A stretch of DNA of 63,879 bases, counting the filler, from Olpidium bornovanus S191 (Eukaryota; Fungi; Olpidiomycota), in the NCBI GenBank assembly GCA_017911155.1. It is 29 parts of 29 records of this genome, joined end to end, with 100 filler letters (N's around TTAATTAATTAA, not from the genome) between each part and the next. Parts side by side here need not be neighbours in the genome. Positions count along the whole stretch, not along the records: positions 20,219 to 23,309 come from JAEFCI010013312.1; positions 23,410 to 25,143 come from JAEFCI010002416.1; positions 25,244 to 26,459 come from JAEFCI010007025.1; positions 26,560 to 28,115 come from JAEFCI010007548.1; positions 28,216 to 29,394 come from JAEFCI010003885.1; positions 29,495 to 31,995 come from JAEFCI010003380.1; positions 32,096 to 35,810 come from JAEFCI010004117.1; positions 35,911 to 37,509 come from JAEFCI010010199.1; 21 more parts are not named here. One strand, given 5' to 3'. A model generated the notes under the pieces. It worked only from the letters and a program-made list of their open reading frames with translations, did not search any database and was not told the DNA's origin. The number at the start of each line of letters is the position of its first letter. Positions within the stretch are counted from its first letter, which is position 1. Position numbers and translations under genes: made by a program. This document shows positions 23,309 through 36,238 of the stretch, piece after piece.

Positions 23309-25243
23309 GNNNNNNNNNNNNNNNNNNNNNNNNNNNNNNNNNNNNNNNNNNNNTTAATTAATTAANNNNNNNNNNNNNNNNNNNNNNNNNNNNNNNNNNN
23401 NNNNNNNNNCATGCTCGCACCCGCGAAACCGCGCAGGATCGCAGTGTATACGACAAGAAAAATAAAAATAAAAAAAGAAACAGGCGATTCTGGCAATACT
23501 GACGCTGGCTCTCTCAAAACGTGTCCCCGCGTTACTGTAGGACCGAGTGTCAAAAAATGTCGCGACATTTGCGTTCCAGAAGACGAGCTTGCGAAGCGTA
23601 TCCTGACGTCATCGCGGAAGGCACGGCGTGAAGCGTGTCGACGACGTTCGTCGCACGAGGCAGATTGTGAAAATTCCGACCGTCGGGCTCGCAAGAAAAG
23701 GCATCGTCGCGCGAAAGTTAAGAGCGAGAAGCACGCAGATAACGAGGGTTGATTTCCCGCCCTTGTGACATAGGCTATTGAAACGCGTTATTCGCGTCAT
23801 CGCAGGCAGCGAATGCAAAAGGCGCGCCACACGATTAAGTCTCGAAGAAAGGCCGAGTGTGGTCCTGACATTTACATTTCTAAAGACGATTCGTCGCAGA
23901 AGGTGACTGTTGCAAAAGCCGCGTCGTGAGTGGGAGCGGCCGTCACAAAAAAAAAAAAAAAAGGAAAAAAAAGAAAGAGAAAGAGAGCGCGCGTGCCTAG
24001 TTTGACAGAATCGTATTTTTTTTCTGCCGATGACGTTTCGCTGGGCCCCCATTGCCACCCTTCGTCCCACCTCCCAATTTTTGCTCCTTCCTCGGCCGTT
24101 TTTGGGCCCGTTATTATTTTTTTTATTGACGTTTTTTTCCTGTTCGTGTGTTTGAAGCGCGTGCTTCCGCAGACAAGGGGGGGGTGCCGTGATTGATGTT
24201 AGAAAGCACAGGGGTTGGCTGAGCCGTAGACGCACTGAGCGCACCAGCCCGCGTTCCCCCTCCGTAGAGCCTTATTCTCCGCCATATAAATTAAACCCAG
24301 GGAAACAAGTAAACAAACGCCCCGAATACAGTTCTCTTTCCTTCCCGTTCTTTCGCGCTCGCGGTGTACGCTGCGTCTTCGCCTTCTTCGGCTCGGCTCC
24401 AATAATTGATTTCGAAAATCGGGGGTAAACTTAAGTTCCCTGCGCGGTGTGATCATTTTATTTTTGTTGTCTTGTTCCTCATTTTTTTTTTGTCCGAGCT
24501 ACACGCCCAATCCTCCCCACCCCACCCAGCGAGGCGGTTGTTGTTCGCCCCGCGCCACGCACGCAGTCGCGCACGCGCGCCGTTCGATCAAGGGATGGTC
24601 GGGTCGCGTTTGCGACGCTGCGGCTGGAGCGGACGTGCGTGCGTGCGCACGCTCCGTCTATTTTATTCTGTGCCGGTGGATTTCGGTAGCCGGTGCTATC
24701 TGCGTGGCGAACTCTCACCACTCAATTCCGTCACATAAAAAAAAAATAAAATAAAAAAAATAAAAAACGTAAACATAAAGTTCTTGTGGCCTCACCCACG
24801 AACGCACGCCTCCGACAACAAACATGCTTCACGAGCCTTCGTCGGCGGCGACCTGGCCGCGCTTCCACACCGTGGACCTTGTCAGCGCGCTGAAGCAGAG
24901 AGAGGCCGACGAGTGCCGGCAGTCAAAGCCTGTCACCAAGATTACCCTTGACGAGGTCCGCCGGTCGGAAGGCGGTTTTTTTTTTGGTTGTCCGGCGGGA
25001 GGTGGGGCGGGTGTTTAGTTTGGCTTTTCTGCGTTTTTGAGCTTGAGTGATTCCCTCAGAGTCAGGCTTCCCCGCCGTTTGCAGCCCTGCAAACCCGCGG
25101 TTCCCCAAGGGCGTGCTGCCTTGCCGCCCGCCTCTCGGTCGGCNNNNNNNNNNNNNNNNNNNNNNNNNNNNNNNNNNNNNNNNNNNNTTAATTAATTAAN
25201 NNNNNNNNNNNNNNNNNNNNNNNNNNNNNNNNNNNNNNNNNNN

Positions 25244-26326
25244 CATGCGCTTCGGAAGCAGGTTTTTTCCGGTTTGCGTAGTAATTGGAACCGGGAAGGA
25301 CATCGGTGAGATGGCGCTCCTCCTGTCCTGAGAAGGGCCGGCGTGAACGGCGACCGGCGCCAATTGCGGCTCAGGAGCAGGCCCGTGACCGCTTCCGCGT
25401 AACCTTGCGGGATGCGGTTTCGTTGATTGGCCGGAAGCCTTGTCCTCTTCTTCTCGCGGCGGCGACGAGGGTGCGTGCGGCGATTCACGAAGGACGATCG
25501 GTTCGCCGGAAAGCACACTGCCGACCGGCAGCGGCAGCTCCCGAGCGATCCGATCCTGCTGTGAAAATTGGGCTGGCGTCCCTGCGTTCATTTCGAAACT
25601 AAGCGACATCCGCGCCGGCGCGGAATGCTCACCGGTCGAAGGGGTCCCCAGAGTGGTATTATCACTACCTTTCCCCTTCGAGCACCCGCTGCGATCGCTT
25701 CCAGCACGTGCGGAAGACTGCATCGCGGACGCCCGCGGCGCGTTTGAGTTCATCGAATCAGGAGCCAGAACCCCGGCCGTCCCTTCGGCTGGCGCATGCA
25801 TCATGGTAAGTCCTTCCAAAATTCTGAGCGGCGTAGACTGATTTGCCGCCAGGTCCACCGCAATTCTCAGTTCATCCTCGGTCCGGTCCGCTGGTCGAGT
25901 CTCGTTTATATCGATCGACACGCCGAGAGCGGTAATGCTGCTGGTATTCGCAGCATCAAAACAAGTTGAAAAACGCATGGCTTCGTCCTCCTCATCTTCC
26001 TCGCAATGTCCTTCCTCGGCCGACACGATTTGCACGCTAGCATTACACTTGCCGGAGCTAAGGACTTCTTCCTCCCGACTTCCCACACCATCGGAATCCC
26101 CAGCCTCATCCAGCTTTTCGCCGTTCATTGCACAATCAACTCCCGGTTCGGTTTGACAACAGCTCGAATTGTCAACGATAAGAAACCCGTCGGAACCACG
26201 TAATTCGTCAGCAGAGAACTTATCATCAGCGGAGCGCGAGTTATCCAGGGCCATGCTAACGTCCTGTGAGGATTTTTGGACGTCCGTACATTGCACTATC
26301 CGGGACCGGTCGTCGCTTTCCACCAC
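25244..26326 (-). CDS. Low-complexity acidic/Ser-rich ORF fragment of unknown function
   Basis: An open frame of about 360 codons running to the contig edge; no recognisable domain. Confidence 0.4.
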
Positions 26327-27262
26327 CTTAGCCCTTCAACAGGTCTCTTCGTTCTTCGATGTCACACTTTTGCCAGCGAACGGATTATTCTCATTTCCGG
26401 CGTCACGAATGATGTCTGTAACGCACCAAGTGAGAACATCCTGCTCGGACCAATCACTCNNNNNNNNNNNNNNNNNNNNNNNNNNNNNNNNNNNNNNNNN
26501 NNNTTAATTAATTAANNNNNNNNNNNNNNNNNNNNNNNNNNNNNNNNNNNNNNNNNNNNCATCGATATCCCTGTTGCGTGCATCGCGGTTGAAATTCCTC
26601 TTGGGATAGCATTTCGTGATTATGCACTTCGTCACAACCCGCAGAATTCGCCATCATCTGTTCGAGGTGTCGAAGCATGAAGACGCGAAACAGGAATGGG
26701 GGCATCCTGTCTTCTCGCTCGCACGTTGCTGCAAGCCCTTTGCGGTTACTGGCAGGTGGCCCTGGCACGTGAGCACACGAAGTCCAACTTGCGCAGTTCC
26801 CCCCCCCCCCTGTCCCGTCTGCTCCGATACCGCCGGCCGAAGAACCGCTTGGCGGGCCAAGCGGGGCGAAAGTCTTCCCCGCTGCTTTTGCTGCCGTTAA
26901 AGGGGTGCGCAGGATAACTAACCTGCTCGCCCCTTAGCTGATTGATATTTTAGATACGGATTCGGCGCGGGACGAAAGCTTTTTGCTCTGTCGCGCGTCG
27001 AGCGAACCAACAACAGAACAACGCGTTTTTTTTTTTTAGGTAACAGCGAGGATGAGAACTTGGGGCGGACGGCAGGGCGCAGTCGGGCGACTGCGAAGCC
27101 GCTGAGATGTCTTCGGAAATCGCGGCACCCGGAAACGACGTTTTGCTTGGCCGCTGTTTTTAGACGGCAGAGCAAGCGGGTTTAACGCGCATACGCTGAT
27201 TTTGGCAGCGTTTGGCTGCGAAACGCGTTTTCTAGGTAACGGGGAGGATGGATGGGCGGATG

Positions 27263-27385
27263 CGGTTAGGGTTTATGATTGGCGTTGGTTAGGGGCTAGG
27301 GGGTTAGGTCAGGGTTAGGGTTTGGAGTTGGGGTTAGTGCTGGGGTTAGTGCTGGGGTTAGCGTTGGGGTTAGCGTTGGGGCTAG
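27263..27385 (+). repeat. Degenerate telomere-like G-rich tandem repeat (GGGTTAGGG core; 12-bp units GGGGTTAGYGYT)
   Basis: GGGGTTAGTGCT twice and GGGGTTAGCGTT twice at 27330-27377, with flanking GGTTAGGG copies. Confidence 0.75.
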
Positions 27386-28064
27386 ACAGAGTTGAGGCTG
27401 GCGTTGGGATACGGTTGGGTTTAAACGATCTTGGCAGCCGTCTTCTTCGACGGGGGGGGGGGGGAAGGGGGGGGGGGCGGGGGGGGGGGGGGGGGGGGGG
27501 AGGGGGCGGTCAGGATGGGTTCTGACCGGATCAGACTGCATTCTGCTGGAACCTGGATACGGCAGGCTTCTTGCAGAACTTATGAACAAACTCAGGACGG
27601 TCTGCCAAACCCCCCCCCCCCGGGAAATTCCCACGTGGATCGTGTGGATCCTTTCTTGTCGTATTTTGAGCTCGAGTTTTTCCGCCCTCGGCGGATTGAT
27701 ACGTCTAGGATGCGAGCTTGCTCTTGACCTCCCTCGTCCTGGGTGATCGCGAGTAGTGTGCTTGGGTCCCCCCCTTCCCCCGCCCCAACGTGTACAGGGA
27801 ATTCTCGTCAATTGCCACGTCGCATCTCCAGATGACGTTTTTTCCATCGCTGTATTCCACAGGCGGCGGCTTTTGCTTGTCTTGGAATGTCCGACCGGGA
27901 CCAACTTCTCTCCGGCCAACGCCGGGGGGGGGAGCGAAGCTCACCGGCGCGCGCAGCGGTGTTCTCCTTTTTGACAAGCGGCCCGGACGTTTTTCCGGGC
28001 AGGGAAGGAGGGGGCCTTTTCTTCGGTTCGGCCTTTTCCAACAAAAAGGGCGTGGGCGGGAGAG

Positions 28065-28107
<43 letters not shown>

Positions 28108-28215
28108 GCGGGGGCNNNNNNNNNNNNNNNNNNNNNNNNNNNNNNNNNNNNNNNNNNNNTTAATTAATTAANNNNNNNNNNNNNNNNNNNNNNNNNNNNN
28201 NNNNNNNNNNNNNNN

Positions 28216-29250
28216 CCATGTTCTCGTTCCGGGAGAGCCACACGGTGCCGATGAACGCCCCGGTTTTGTCCACAGCTTCAACCTCGATTTCGACCTGCGC
28301 GGGCCAACGCGACGACAGCGTTGAGGATCACCGACGAACGGCAGCAGCCTTCACCGGTGGTGAATCGACCACCCACATCTCGTTGGAGCGCCTTGCGCGA
28401 AGTGTACTCCAGTGCCTCGTCACCGAAGGGCTCCGACTGCTCGTTTGGGTTCCGCGCCGCCTTCGGCGTACGTACGCCTGTAATCCGCCGAACGCGGAAG
28501 GGGTTAGATCGGCACAAGTAGGGACCTGTCGCGCGAAATGAGAAAGATCCGTCGAGGAAGGTGGCCACCTACCGGCGAGCACCATTGTCAATTTGCAACT
28601 CTCGCGCGGAACGAACATCCTGAAACGCGAGCCGCTCGCAACGTAGTCGACCACCGCGCTGATTCGCCCGGCACGCTGGAGGAACGACAAAAGCTGCTTG
28701 GCCTTGGCGGAGGACTAAACAACGGAAGGAGATCCATTGAGATCCATCAATGCACAGTAACTGCGGCTGCTTGGCAATTTCGGCGTTTGATTACTTCAGA
28801 GGCATCTCTAGGTTCGGCCCAGGCCGGAGGCTCCTTCTGCGAATGCGCGCCCCTGCCTTCCTTCTGGGCTTCGAGTTCGGCCACCTGCAGGCGGTCGTAG
28901 TCGCTGCTTCTGTCGTCGTCATCGCGGCTTTGTTTCGACACAGACAAGACGCAACAGTTGAGGGGCAGCAGCGGCAATTGGAGCGGGAGCTCGGACAAGC
29001 GTCGCAGAGAGAGAGGGAGGGCCACTATACCGGTGCTTGATGACAAACGCCAAGCCTCGCTCAACAAGCTCGACAGCCACGTTTTCGCCGCCCTCGGGGC
29101 CGCCGCCGGCCCGGATGGTCGCGCAGTCTCTTTCTTCGTAGCCGTCGGACGCGGGCTTCGTGTAGTCGATGACGACGCGCACTCTTTTCCCGATGAGTTT
29201 CTTCCTGAGAAACTCCCGGGCCGCGTCATTATAGAACGATCTCGGTCTTA
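28216..29250 (-). CDS. SND1: Staphylococcal nuclease domain-containing protein 1 (Tudor-SN), internal exons
   Basis: [99 protein letters not shown]|[18 protein letters not shown]. Confidence 0.95.
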
Positions 29251-31653
29251 GAAAAGAAAAACCGGACAGGCGACATGACGATTCCGCCCCTCCGCTTCTC
29301 TCGGCTGGATGAAAATCCCGGGCGCCGCCGCACGTGAGCGTCCGGGAAAAATCTTCGGTGGGCCTCGGGCGGCCAAGAAAAAAAAAAACAAAAANNNNNN
29401 NNNNNNNNNNNNNNNNNNNNNNNNNNNNNNNNNNNNNNTTAATTAATTAANNNNNNNNNNNNNNNNNNNNNNNNNNNNNNNNNNNNNNNNNNNNCATGAA
29501 GATGACGTTATGGTGCTCAATGACTGTCATCAATGGGGCGCCAGAGGCGAAAGACGCCGGTTGAGGAGCCATTGCTGACGATAGTTGCATTCTCCATTGT
29601 TGTCGCGGTCTTGTGTGTGCGCTCGGCACAGGTGAAGTGGGCGAAGAAAATGCAACCGAGACGCAAAGATCTGACAGCGTTACCGACGGTGTGAAAGAAA
29701 ATTCAAGGCGACCCGGCGGTGGCGTGTTGGGCTTTGGCGTGCAAGTCATCCAGCGTAACAAGGGAAGCCACACAATTAGGATCTGTGGAATTAGTGAATT
29801 TTCACCATTGCGGCTGTTTCTTGCAGGCGCGTGAAGACGGCGGCAGCGGCGGCAGCGGCGGGTTCGGCGTCGTCGTCGCATCTGATAAAATCTTTAACGG
29901 CAGTTGGAGATATATTGCTTTTGCATTCTCGAGAGCTGTCGTTTAACGCGGTCGAGGGCGCCGTCCGCCAGGACGGCGGTGATGATTCTTGCGATGGTCT
30001 TTCTGGCCGACGCAGTATAACCTTGCCCCCCGGAGAGAGAGAGTGAGGCATCGGGCGAGAGGGAGGAAAAGTTTCCCCGGCTAGTATTTGCACCTAACCG
30101 GCCAGATTTCCGGTGCGCAAGCCTTTAGTTCTAGTGAGCAGTGAAGTCTATATCTTGCAGGCCGAGCAGGAACCAGAGCAAGGAGCGGGAACAATTGACG
30201 GGGAGCGAACGATAGGAGCAGTCAATCAAAACGAGCAAACGAGTGGTCAGAATGCGCGAGGCTGTCGGAGTTGAAAGTGGCGAGCGCCTTCCGCTCGAAG
30301 TTGAAAACAAGAAACGATAGGTCAATCGAGCTGAAGGCGTGAAACTGCAATTGTTTCCGGTAATGCAGCGTAATGGCGGCTGGCCAACGCTTTCCTGTGC
30401 TCTGGCGTGCTGTCCGGAACGATTAGTACAGTAGAAAGGGGATGTCCGTATCCGATCCGACCCAAGTTTAACCGCAACCATTGTTGATAACGCTGATAAT
30501 TTGTCGCTCCGGCGACGGCGGCAACTGCGGCAGAAACCAATGCCCAACGAAGTGGCCGTGGAGAGCGCAAAGGCTGCGGCTGAATGGATGGGTGAGTGGG
30601 AGGGAGGGGCGGCGGGCGGGGCGGCGGGCGGGGCGGCGGAGGTAATTTGACAGCGACGCGAATCACAACGCTCCGCACGAATGTGATATGCGCGCGTAGA
30701 TTCAAGAAAACACCGGAGGTCGTGGCACGCAAAGGCGAGGGCCACCCCGAGGCGTAGGATCCGTCAATCCCGCGTTGGCGTGTCGCGTCGCGTGAACTCG
30801 CCGGGGCGCGGTCAAACTGCAGCGCCGTGATAGCCCGAGCAGAATCTCGGTCTGTATCCGAACAAACAGCCGATTGCGAGGAAGGTTCGGGGGGGCGCGG
30901 CTGCCATAGAGTAGTAGCCTAGCCAACGTGCAGGGCTCGCGGAGGGGCGCGGACGCGCGGGACGTCCGATCGGTAGGCGCGTAATGGTTAGATGTGCCAT
31001 GCTGCAGGGGCTGTTCCGTTTAAACGGGACCCTGTTCTTGCGGGTGTACCAGACGCCGGGCCATGTCGATTGCATGTTCTAGAACTTCCTTCTGCTCCAA
31101 TGCCCCGGCTTCCACACCACGCATAGCTTCCACCTCGCGCATGTCTGGCCCAGCCTTGACGATTTTAATGCAACATGACAGTCCCCTTGGAAAGTGCCTG
31201 TGGCCTGGCCATTATCGGCGGTGGGGAAGAGCGGCGGGAAACAAGAAACGGAGGCGTGTTCCGATGCTCGTCCTAGCCTCTCGCGGTTAAGCTGCTGCAA
31301 GGCTGTTCTCAGCCGCCCACCCGACGCCGAGAAAAAAATCGTCGAGCAAAACGGACGCCCTGGAGGAAGTCGAGGCGCATATGAAGATCGACAAAAGGGA
31401 CAACCTCGGCGACTTCCGGCTGTTTTGCCGAATCCGCCCTTCAGCAAACTGGGCGACGGGGGGCGGCCAGCAATCGTGGGCCGATGACTTCCAACCGGCT
31501 GCAGCCGCGCTGGGTCCTATTGTACCCGCGCCGGAGGTGCTTCCCCTGTTTCATCTGCTGCCAGCCGTAGGGCCACACTTTTTAGGGCGCGTAGTATTGA
31601 ATTGTATTCTGGCAATTATTGCCCTCGTGGCGATTCGCTGCCGTGTTCGGCAG

Positions 31654-31727
31654 GGTCTCTTAGCTCAGTTGGTTAGAGCGTGGTGCTAATAACGCCAAGG
31701 TCACAGGTTCGACCCCTGTAGGGACCA
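31654..31727 (+). tRNA. tRNA-Ile (anticodon AAT), intronless
   Basis: Acceptor stem GGTCTCT/AGGGACC, D-arm, anticodon stem-loop TGGTG-CTAATAA-CGCCA and T-loop GGTTCGAC; 74 nt, no encoded CCA. Confidence 0.97.
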
Positions 31728-32095
31728 TCCTTTCCTAAAATACGCAACTTTGTTTCGGACGGGAAAAAAAATTTTGCGCTGCCAACGGTGTCGCGAGAAA
31801 CTTTTGTCGACGAGGGAAGTTTCAGCGAGATCCGGAATGGGAAAGGAAAAAAAACGTTTTGTTATTTGTCTTTCGGGACCAAAACCCGGGCGCCAGTCCG
31901 GCGCCAACGCGGCTATGTACGGCTCTTATCCACTATGTACGTTTCTTATCCACCAGGTGATTCCACTGGCAGAACCGCGCGTCGGTCGCAGCCGANNNNN
32001 NNNNNNNNNNNNNNNNNNNNNNNNNNNNNNNNNNNNNNNTTAATTAATTAANNNNNNNNNNNNNNNNNNNNNNNNNNNNNNNNNNNNNNNNNNNN

Positions 32096-33740
32096 CCCGG
32101 ACACCTGCTCCTCGTGGACGACGGTGGACGTCCGCGTGTCCATGTTGTAGTCGATGACCTGTTTCGGCTGGATGAACGAGGTGTACGTGTAGCGCAGCAG
32201 GTTGGTGTCGAAGAGCACGCTTTTGGAAAGGTCGGCCACCTCCTCGTTTGTCGACACCGGCCACAGCGAGTACACGACCTCGCTAAAGGAGACGTAGTGG
32301 TACGAGTCGAACAGGCCCATCTGCACCGACGGGGCCGGCCGTGCCGGGTGCGACGGCGCTGCCGCGGCCGCGTCCTCGTACGCGGGAGGGAGCGGCGACG
32401 GCGGCGCCGACTGGGAGTCGGCGTTCGTGAGGTCGACGACGCGCACGTTCTGCAAGCAGTTCGACCGCTCGAACACGATCAGGTGCCGGGCGCGGACCTG
32501 GAAGTCCTCGATCAAAACAAAGTCCCGGTGGGGGATGACCGTCTCCCGATAGTTGTCCCCCAGCAGGTGGCCCGCGTGCGGCGCCTTGAGCATCATCTCG
32601 TACATCTCCGCATCGTCCGCCTGAGGGAATGGCACGCGAAACAGCCAGTTGTTCTTAGACTCCTCGTTCGTCAGCACGTACAGGAACCGCCGGTGCGACT
32701 CCACCGTGTATTGGATCTTCTCTCGCCGCGGGAACAGGACCAGCGGTAAGTCCAGAGGCCGGTCGGCCGAGATGAGTCGCGTCTCCGACGTGATCTGTGC
32801 CGCCGAGTTGAGCAGCAGGAACCTGCCGTTGCAGGTCTTCGTCAAAGTCAGACAATACATTTCGTCCTTCTCCTCGTAGAGCAGCACGTCCTCTTCGTCG
32901 TTCGTGGCATTCCCGCCCGCCGCGTGTGCGCCACCCGAATCGCCGCCAAATGTCAGCTCATGTCTCCAGAAGGAGCTGGCTCGCTCGAACTCGTCTACCA
33001 GCAGGTAGAACACGTATTTCCCGTCGTTCGAGAACTCAAACTGCTCGTACACGTCGCAGATCTTGTCCGGGAGCAGCTGCTTCGTTGCTAAATTCAAGAA
33101 ATAAGCGGTGTATCGTTCGTTGCCGGAAGAGTCCACGCCGTAAGCTATGACGGAACAGTCGGGCGAGTGCCTCACGAAACCCAATCGGAAAAAGCTCGCG
33201 TTCGCAAACGTCTCGGACCGCGCCAGTTCGTTCTCATCCAGATACACTTCGTTGTTGCCCTGCTGATTCATCCGGCAGTGTATCCGGTACTCCTGCCCTG
33301 GGATCTTTCGCGAATAATACGTGTAACCGTCGGAGAGAGTCACCCTTGCGGACTCCTCGGATTCGTCGAGACGCGACACAAATTCGTTATTTAAGATTTT
33401 TTGGAGAGGCTTTGTCGACGCCGTGCACTGTTCTGTGTACGCGTTTTCAGCTTCGATGTAACGCAAGACTAGAGGCGAGGTCGCAGATTTGTGGTTTTTT
33501 TTTGTTTTGCAAAGGCCACAAGCAAGCAAGATCCGCACGGATTTTGAGCGCTCCGCCGGGTCTCGCGAAGGACCGTACGCGCGAAACGAAAATCCCTACC
33601 CTCAACGTTCTCTTTGTCTGTAAGCCAGCTGTACGGATCCAGAAACTCCTCGCCGTAGCAGTTAACGGTCGCCACCGGTTTCTCGGCGCAGACCGGCGAA
33701 TCTGGCCGCGGATTTCGAGCCTGCTTGTCGCGATCCCTAT
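32096..33740 (-). CDS. Oligopeptidase B / protease II (peptidase S9A), N-terminal beta-propeller part; catalytic domain is off-contig
   Basis: PVCAEKPVATVNCYGEEFLDPYSWL, an intron, then VLRYIEAENAYT...YTYYSR...YLDENELA...SPDCSVIAYGVDSSGNERY...LRYTYTSFIQPKQVIDYNMDT. Confidence 0.88.
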
Positions 33741-34165
33741 TGATCCGAAGCCGTCGAACACATTAAGGTACAAACATGGCAAGAAGGCGAAAGAAAAAAA
33801 AGTTCTGTCATTGGGCCCCGGTGGCGCCGCTACCCTGCTCCAGGCCTTTGTACAGTGAGGATTCCACAGATGGGGCAACAGGGCCCGGTGCACGCGCACT
33901 GCGAGCCGTCCTCGCCTCCGCCTTCAACCCCTTCGTTCTCTACCGAAAGGGGCGAGTCCGCAAACGCCCGCAGAAAGAAATCGCCCCGGCCTTTTCCCCG
34001 AACCGGTGCTGTGCGGAACCTTGCTCACTATGCACTCCAATCGCGCACCAACGCCGCCATCAACCGAAAGTTGATCCCGCGGGTGGGCGATCGCCGTGAG
34101 ACGGCGCGCGCGTGGTATTACATTACATATGGGACCAAGTTCAAAAATAACGTAAGAACGCCATT

Positions 34166-35705
34166 TTATTCCTGCCATTGTCGCCCGGGCGACGCCACCC
34201 TGCACGCAGAACAAAAATTTTTTCCCCCCCCGGCTTTTTTCTCTTCCTTTTTCTGCTTCTTGTTCTGCGGCGGCTCTGCGCTTTCCTCTTTCTTCTTCTG
34301 CTTCTCGCTCTTCGACGGCGCTGTGCCTCTTTTCTTCTTCTTCTGCTTCTTGTTCTGCAATGGCGCTGTGGTAGAAAGGGTCTTGACGTTCGTCTCGTGG
34401 TACGCTGCACGCTTCTTTGCGGGAACCAGCCACGGCATCTCGAACGGTGGAACCTTCGCTTCCGCCACCCCGCACAAATATTCCAGTTCGGTAGTCCCCG
34501 GCTGCGAACGATGTAAAAGCCAACCGTGGAAGCGTGACAAAAAAATCACGACGTAAGCACTCCCTCCCGGTCTCCAGGGAAGCGGCTCTCTCGCACCTTC
34601 ACTGCCACCACGATCGGTTTGGTGCCCAGGACTTCGGCTAGCCTCGCCTGGCTCCCTTTCTCCAACGGCACGATCCGCACGCCGGCCTGTACGCTGAGTG
34701 CCGGCAGATGGGTGTACAGGTGCGGCGGCCGGATGTCGCCCTTGCACAGGAACACGGCCCGGACGGGCGGGGCGCCCGCGGCCGGATCTGCGGGCCGCGG
34801 GGTTTCGGACGATACCTGGCCGTCGTCGCGACGCGGTTCTTCCGCAGTCTGGCCGCCTGCAGATGGCTCGCTCGCACCACCGCCGAGGCCGGGTGCTTCC
34901 TTGCTTTGCCGCCGGGAGTCGCGTTCGTCTTCCTCTGCCGTCCGCTTCCGTTTCCCGAAGCTGAGCGGCGGCGGAGACGGCCGCGGTACGGCGTTTTCCA
35001 GCGCCTTCGTCACGCTGTTCAACCCAAGCGTCACAGACCGCAACAGGACGGACGGGCGCTCCGGCTCCCGCACCGGCGAACGGGCGTCCGCCGGTGCGGA
35101 CTCCGCCTGCCCACCGACGGGACGCGGCGCCTCGTCCGCCTTGGACGCCGCGCCGGCAGCGCGGCCCAAGGCTCTCTTCGATTTAAGGTAAGCGCGCCGC
35201 TCGCGGTTGTACTCGGCTAGCGGGCGCAGCGTTCTGCGCAAGCGTCGCGTGAGCAGGGCGGGGGAAGAGTCGGGGATGGGTCGGGAACCGGGGGCCGCGC
35301 AAACGCCGCCGGGGCGAAACCGACGCACGAGCACAGCAGGTCCAGCAACTCGTTGTGGTCTTGCGAGGAAATCGAGGGCCTGGCGGTTGTTGCGGCGGTG
35401 GAGAGGACGGGGGGAAACGGTGTGATTTCAAGGCAAAAAGGCGGGCGCGCGCGCGGCGGAACGGCCCTTCCGCACGAAGGTGCTTCCGGAGGAGGGGGGG
35501 GAGGCCTCTCCGGGCAGGAGTACAACACGCACCAGCGCACCACGTAGGGCGTGTCGAGGACGTGCTTGAACACCTGGCGGCGCGGCTCCTGCGCCTGCTG
35601 CTTGCGGAGGGTCTGGCCGCCGTGCGACGCAACGGCGGCAGCGCCTTTGCGCTGCTGCTTGCTGCTCGCCTGCCCGCCGGCGACGCTCCCTCCCTTCGGA
35701 CCCAT
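34166..35705 (-). CDS. POP3: RNase P/MRP subunit Pop3 (RPP38-like, L7Ae fold), multi-exon
   Basis: VFKHVLDTPY|W, PSISSQDHNELLDLLC, VTLGLNSVTKALE, AVFLCKGDIRPPHLYTHLPAL, RIVPLEKGSQARLAEVLG, and C-terminal VPPFEMPWL...YHETNVKTLSTTAP. Confidence 0.8.
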
Positions 35706-35750
35706 CTTTGCTGCGCGTCCGCCGTTGCGTTCTCTGGTCAGGCGGCTGGG

Positions 35751-35810
<60 letters not shown>

Positions 35811-35910
35811 NNNNNNNNNNNNNNNNNNNNNNNNNNNNNNNNNNNNNNNNNNNNTTAATTAATTAANNNNNNNNNNNNNNNNNNNNNNNNNNNNNNNNNN
35901 NNNNNNNNNN

Positions 35911-36238
35911 CATGAGGCAGTGTTACGAGCCGAGGGAGGCCTTTTACGAGACTGTTCGGCCCGCCGCGAAGGTCGCGACCAAGGAGTCTGTGATCGCCAA
36001 GCAGGCCGTGAGCGAGAACGGCGGCGACGTGTTGCTCGCGCCCTTCCAGGGGCGCAAAGCCGTCGTGGAATTGGTCCGAGGCAGCACTTTGAACCCCGAA
36101 ATCGTCTCGTTCCTCCGCTCCACCTTTGTCGTCATCGAAGTCCTGTCGTTTTTCGCCGTCGGCGAAATCATCGGAAGGCGCAGCCTGGTTGGTTACAGCG
36201 GTATCCCGGACAACAGGCCAAAGGAGCATTTCCCCTGA
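35911..36238 (+). CDS. ATP20: Mitochondrial ATP synthase subunit g, 3' part
   Basis: The C-terminal signature VIEVLSFFAVGEIIGRRSLVGY contains the GxxxG motif. Confidence 0.85.

Noticed and set aside
24824-24955. Exon ending KITLDE|GT, possibly the start of a cytochrome b5 domain
   Set aside because: It is too short and has no HPGG motif before the contig ends.
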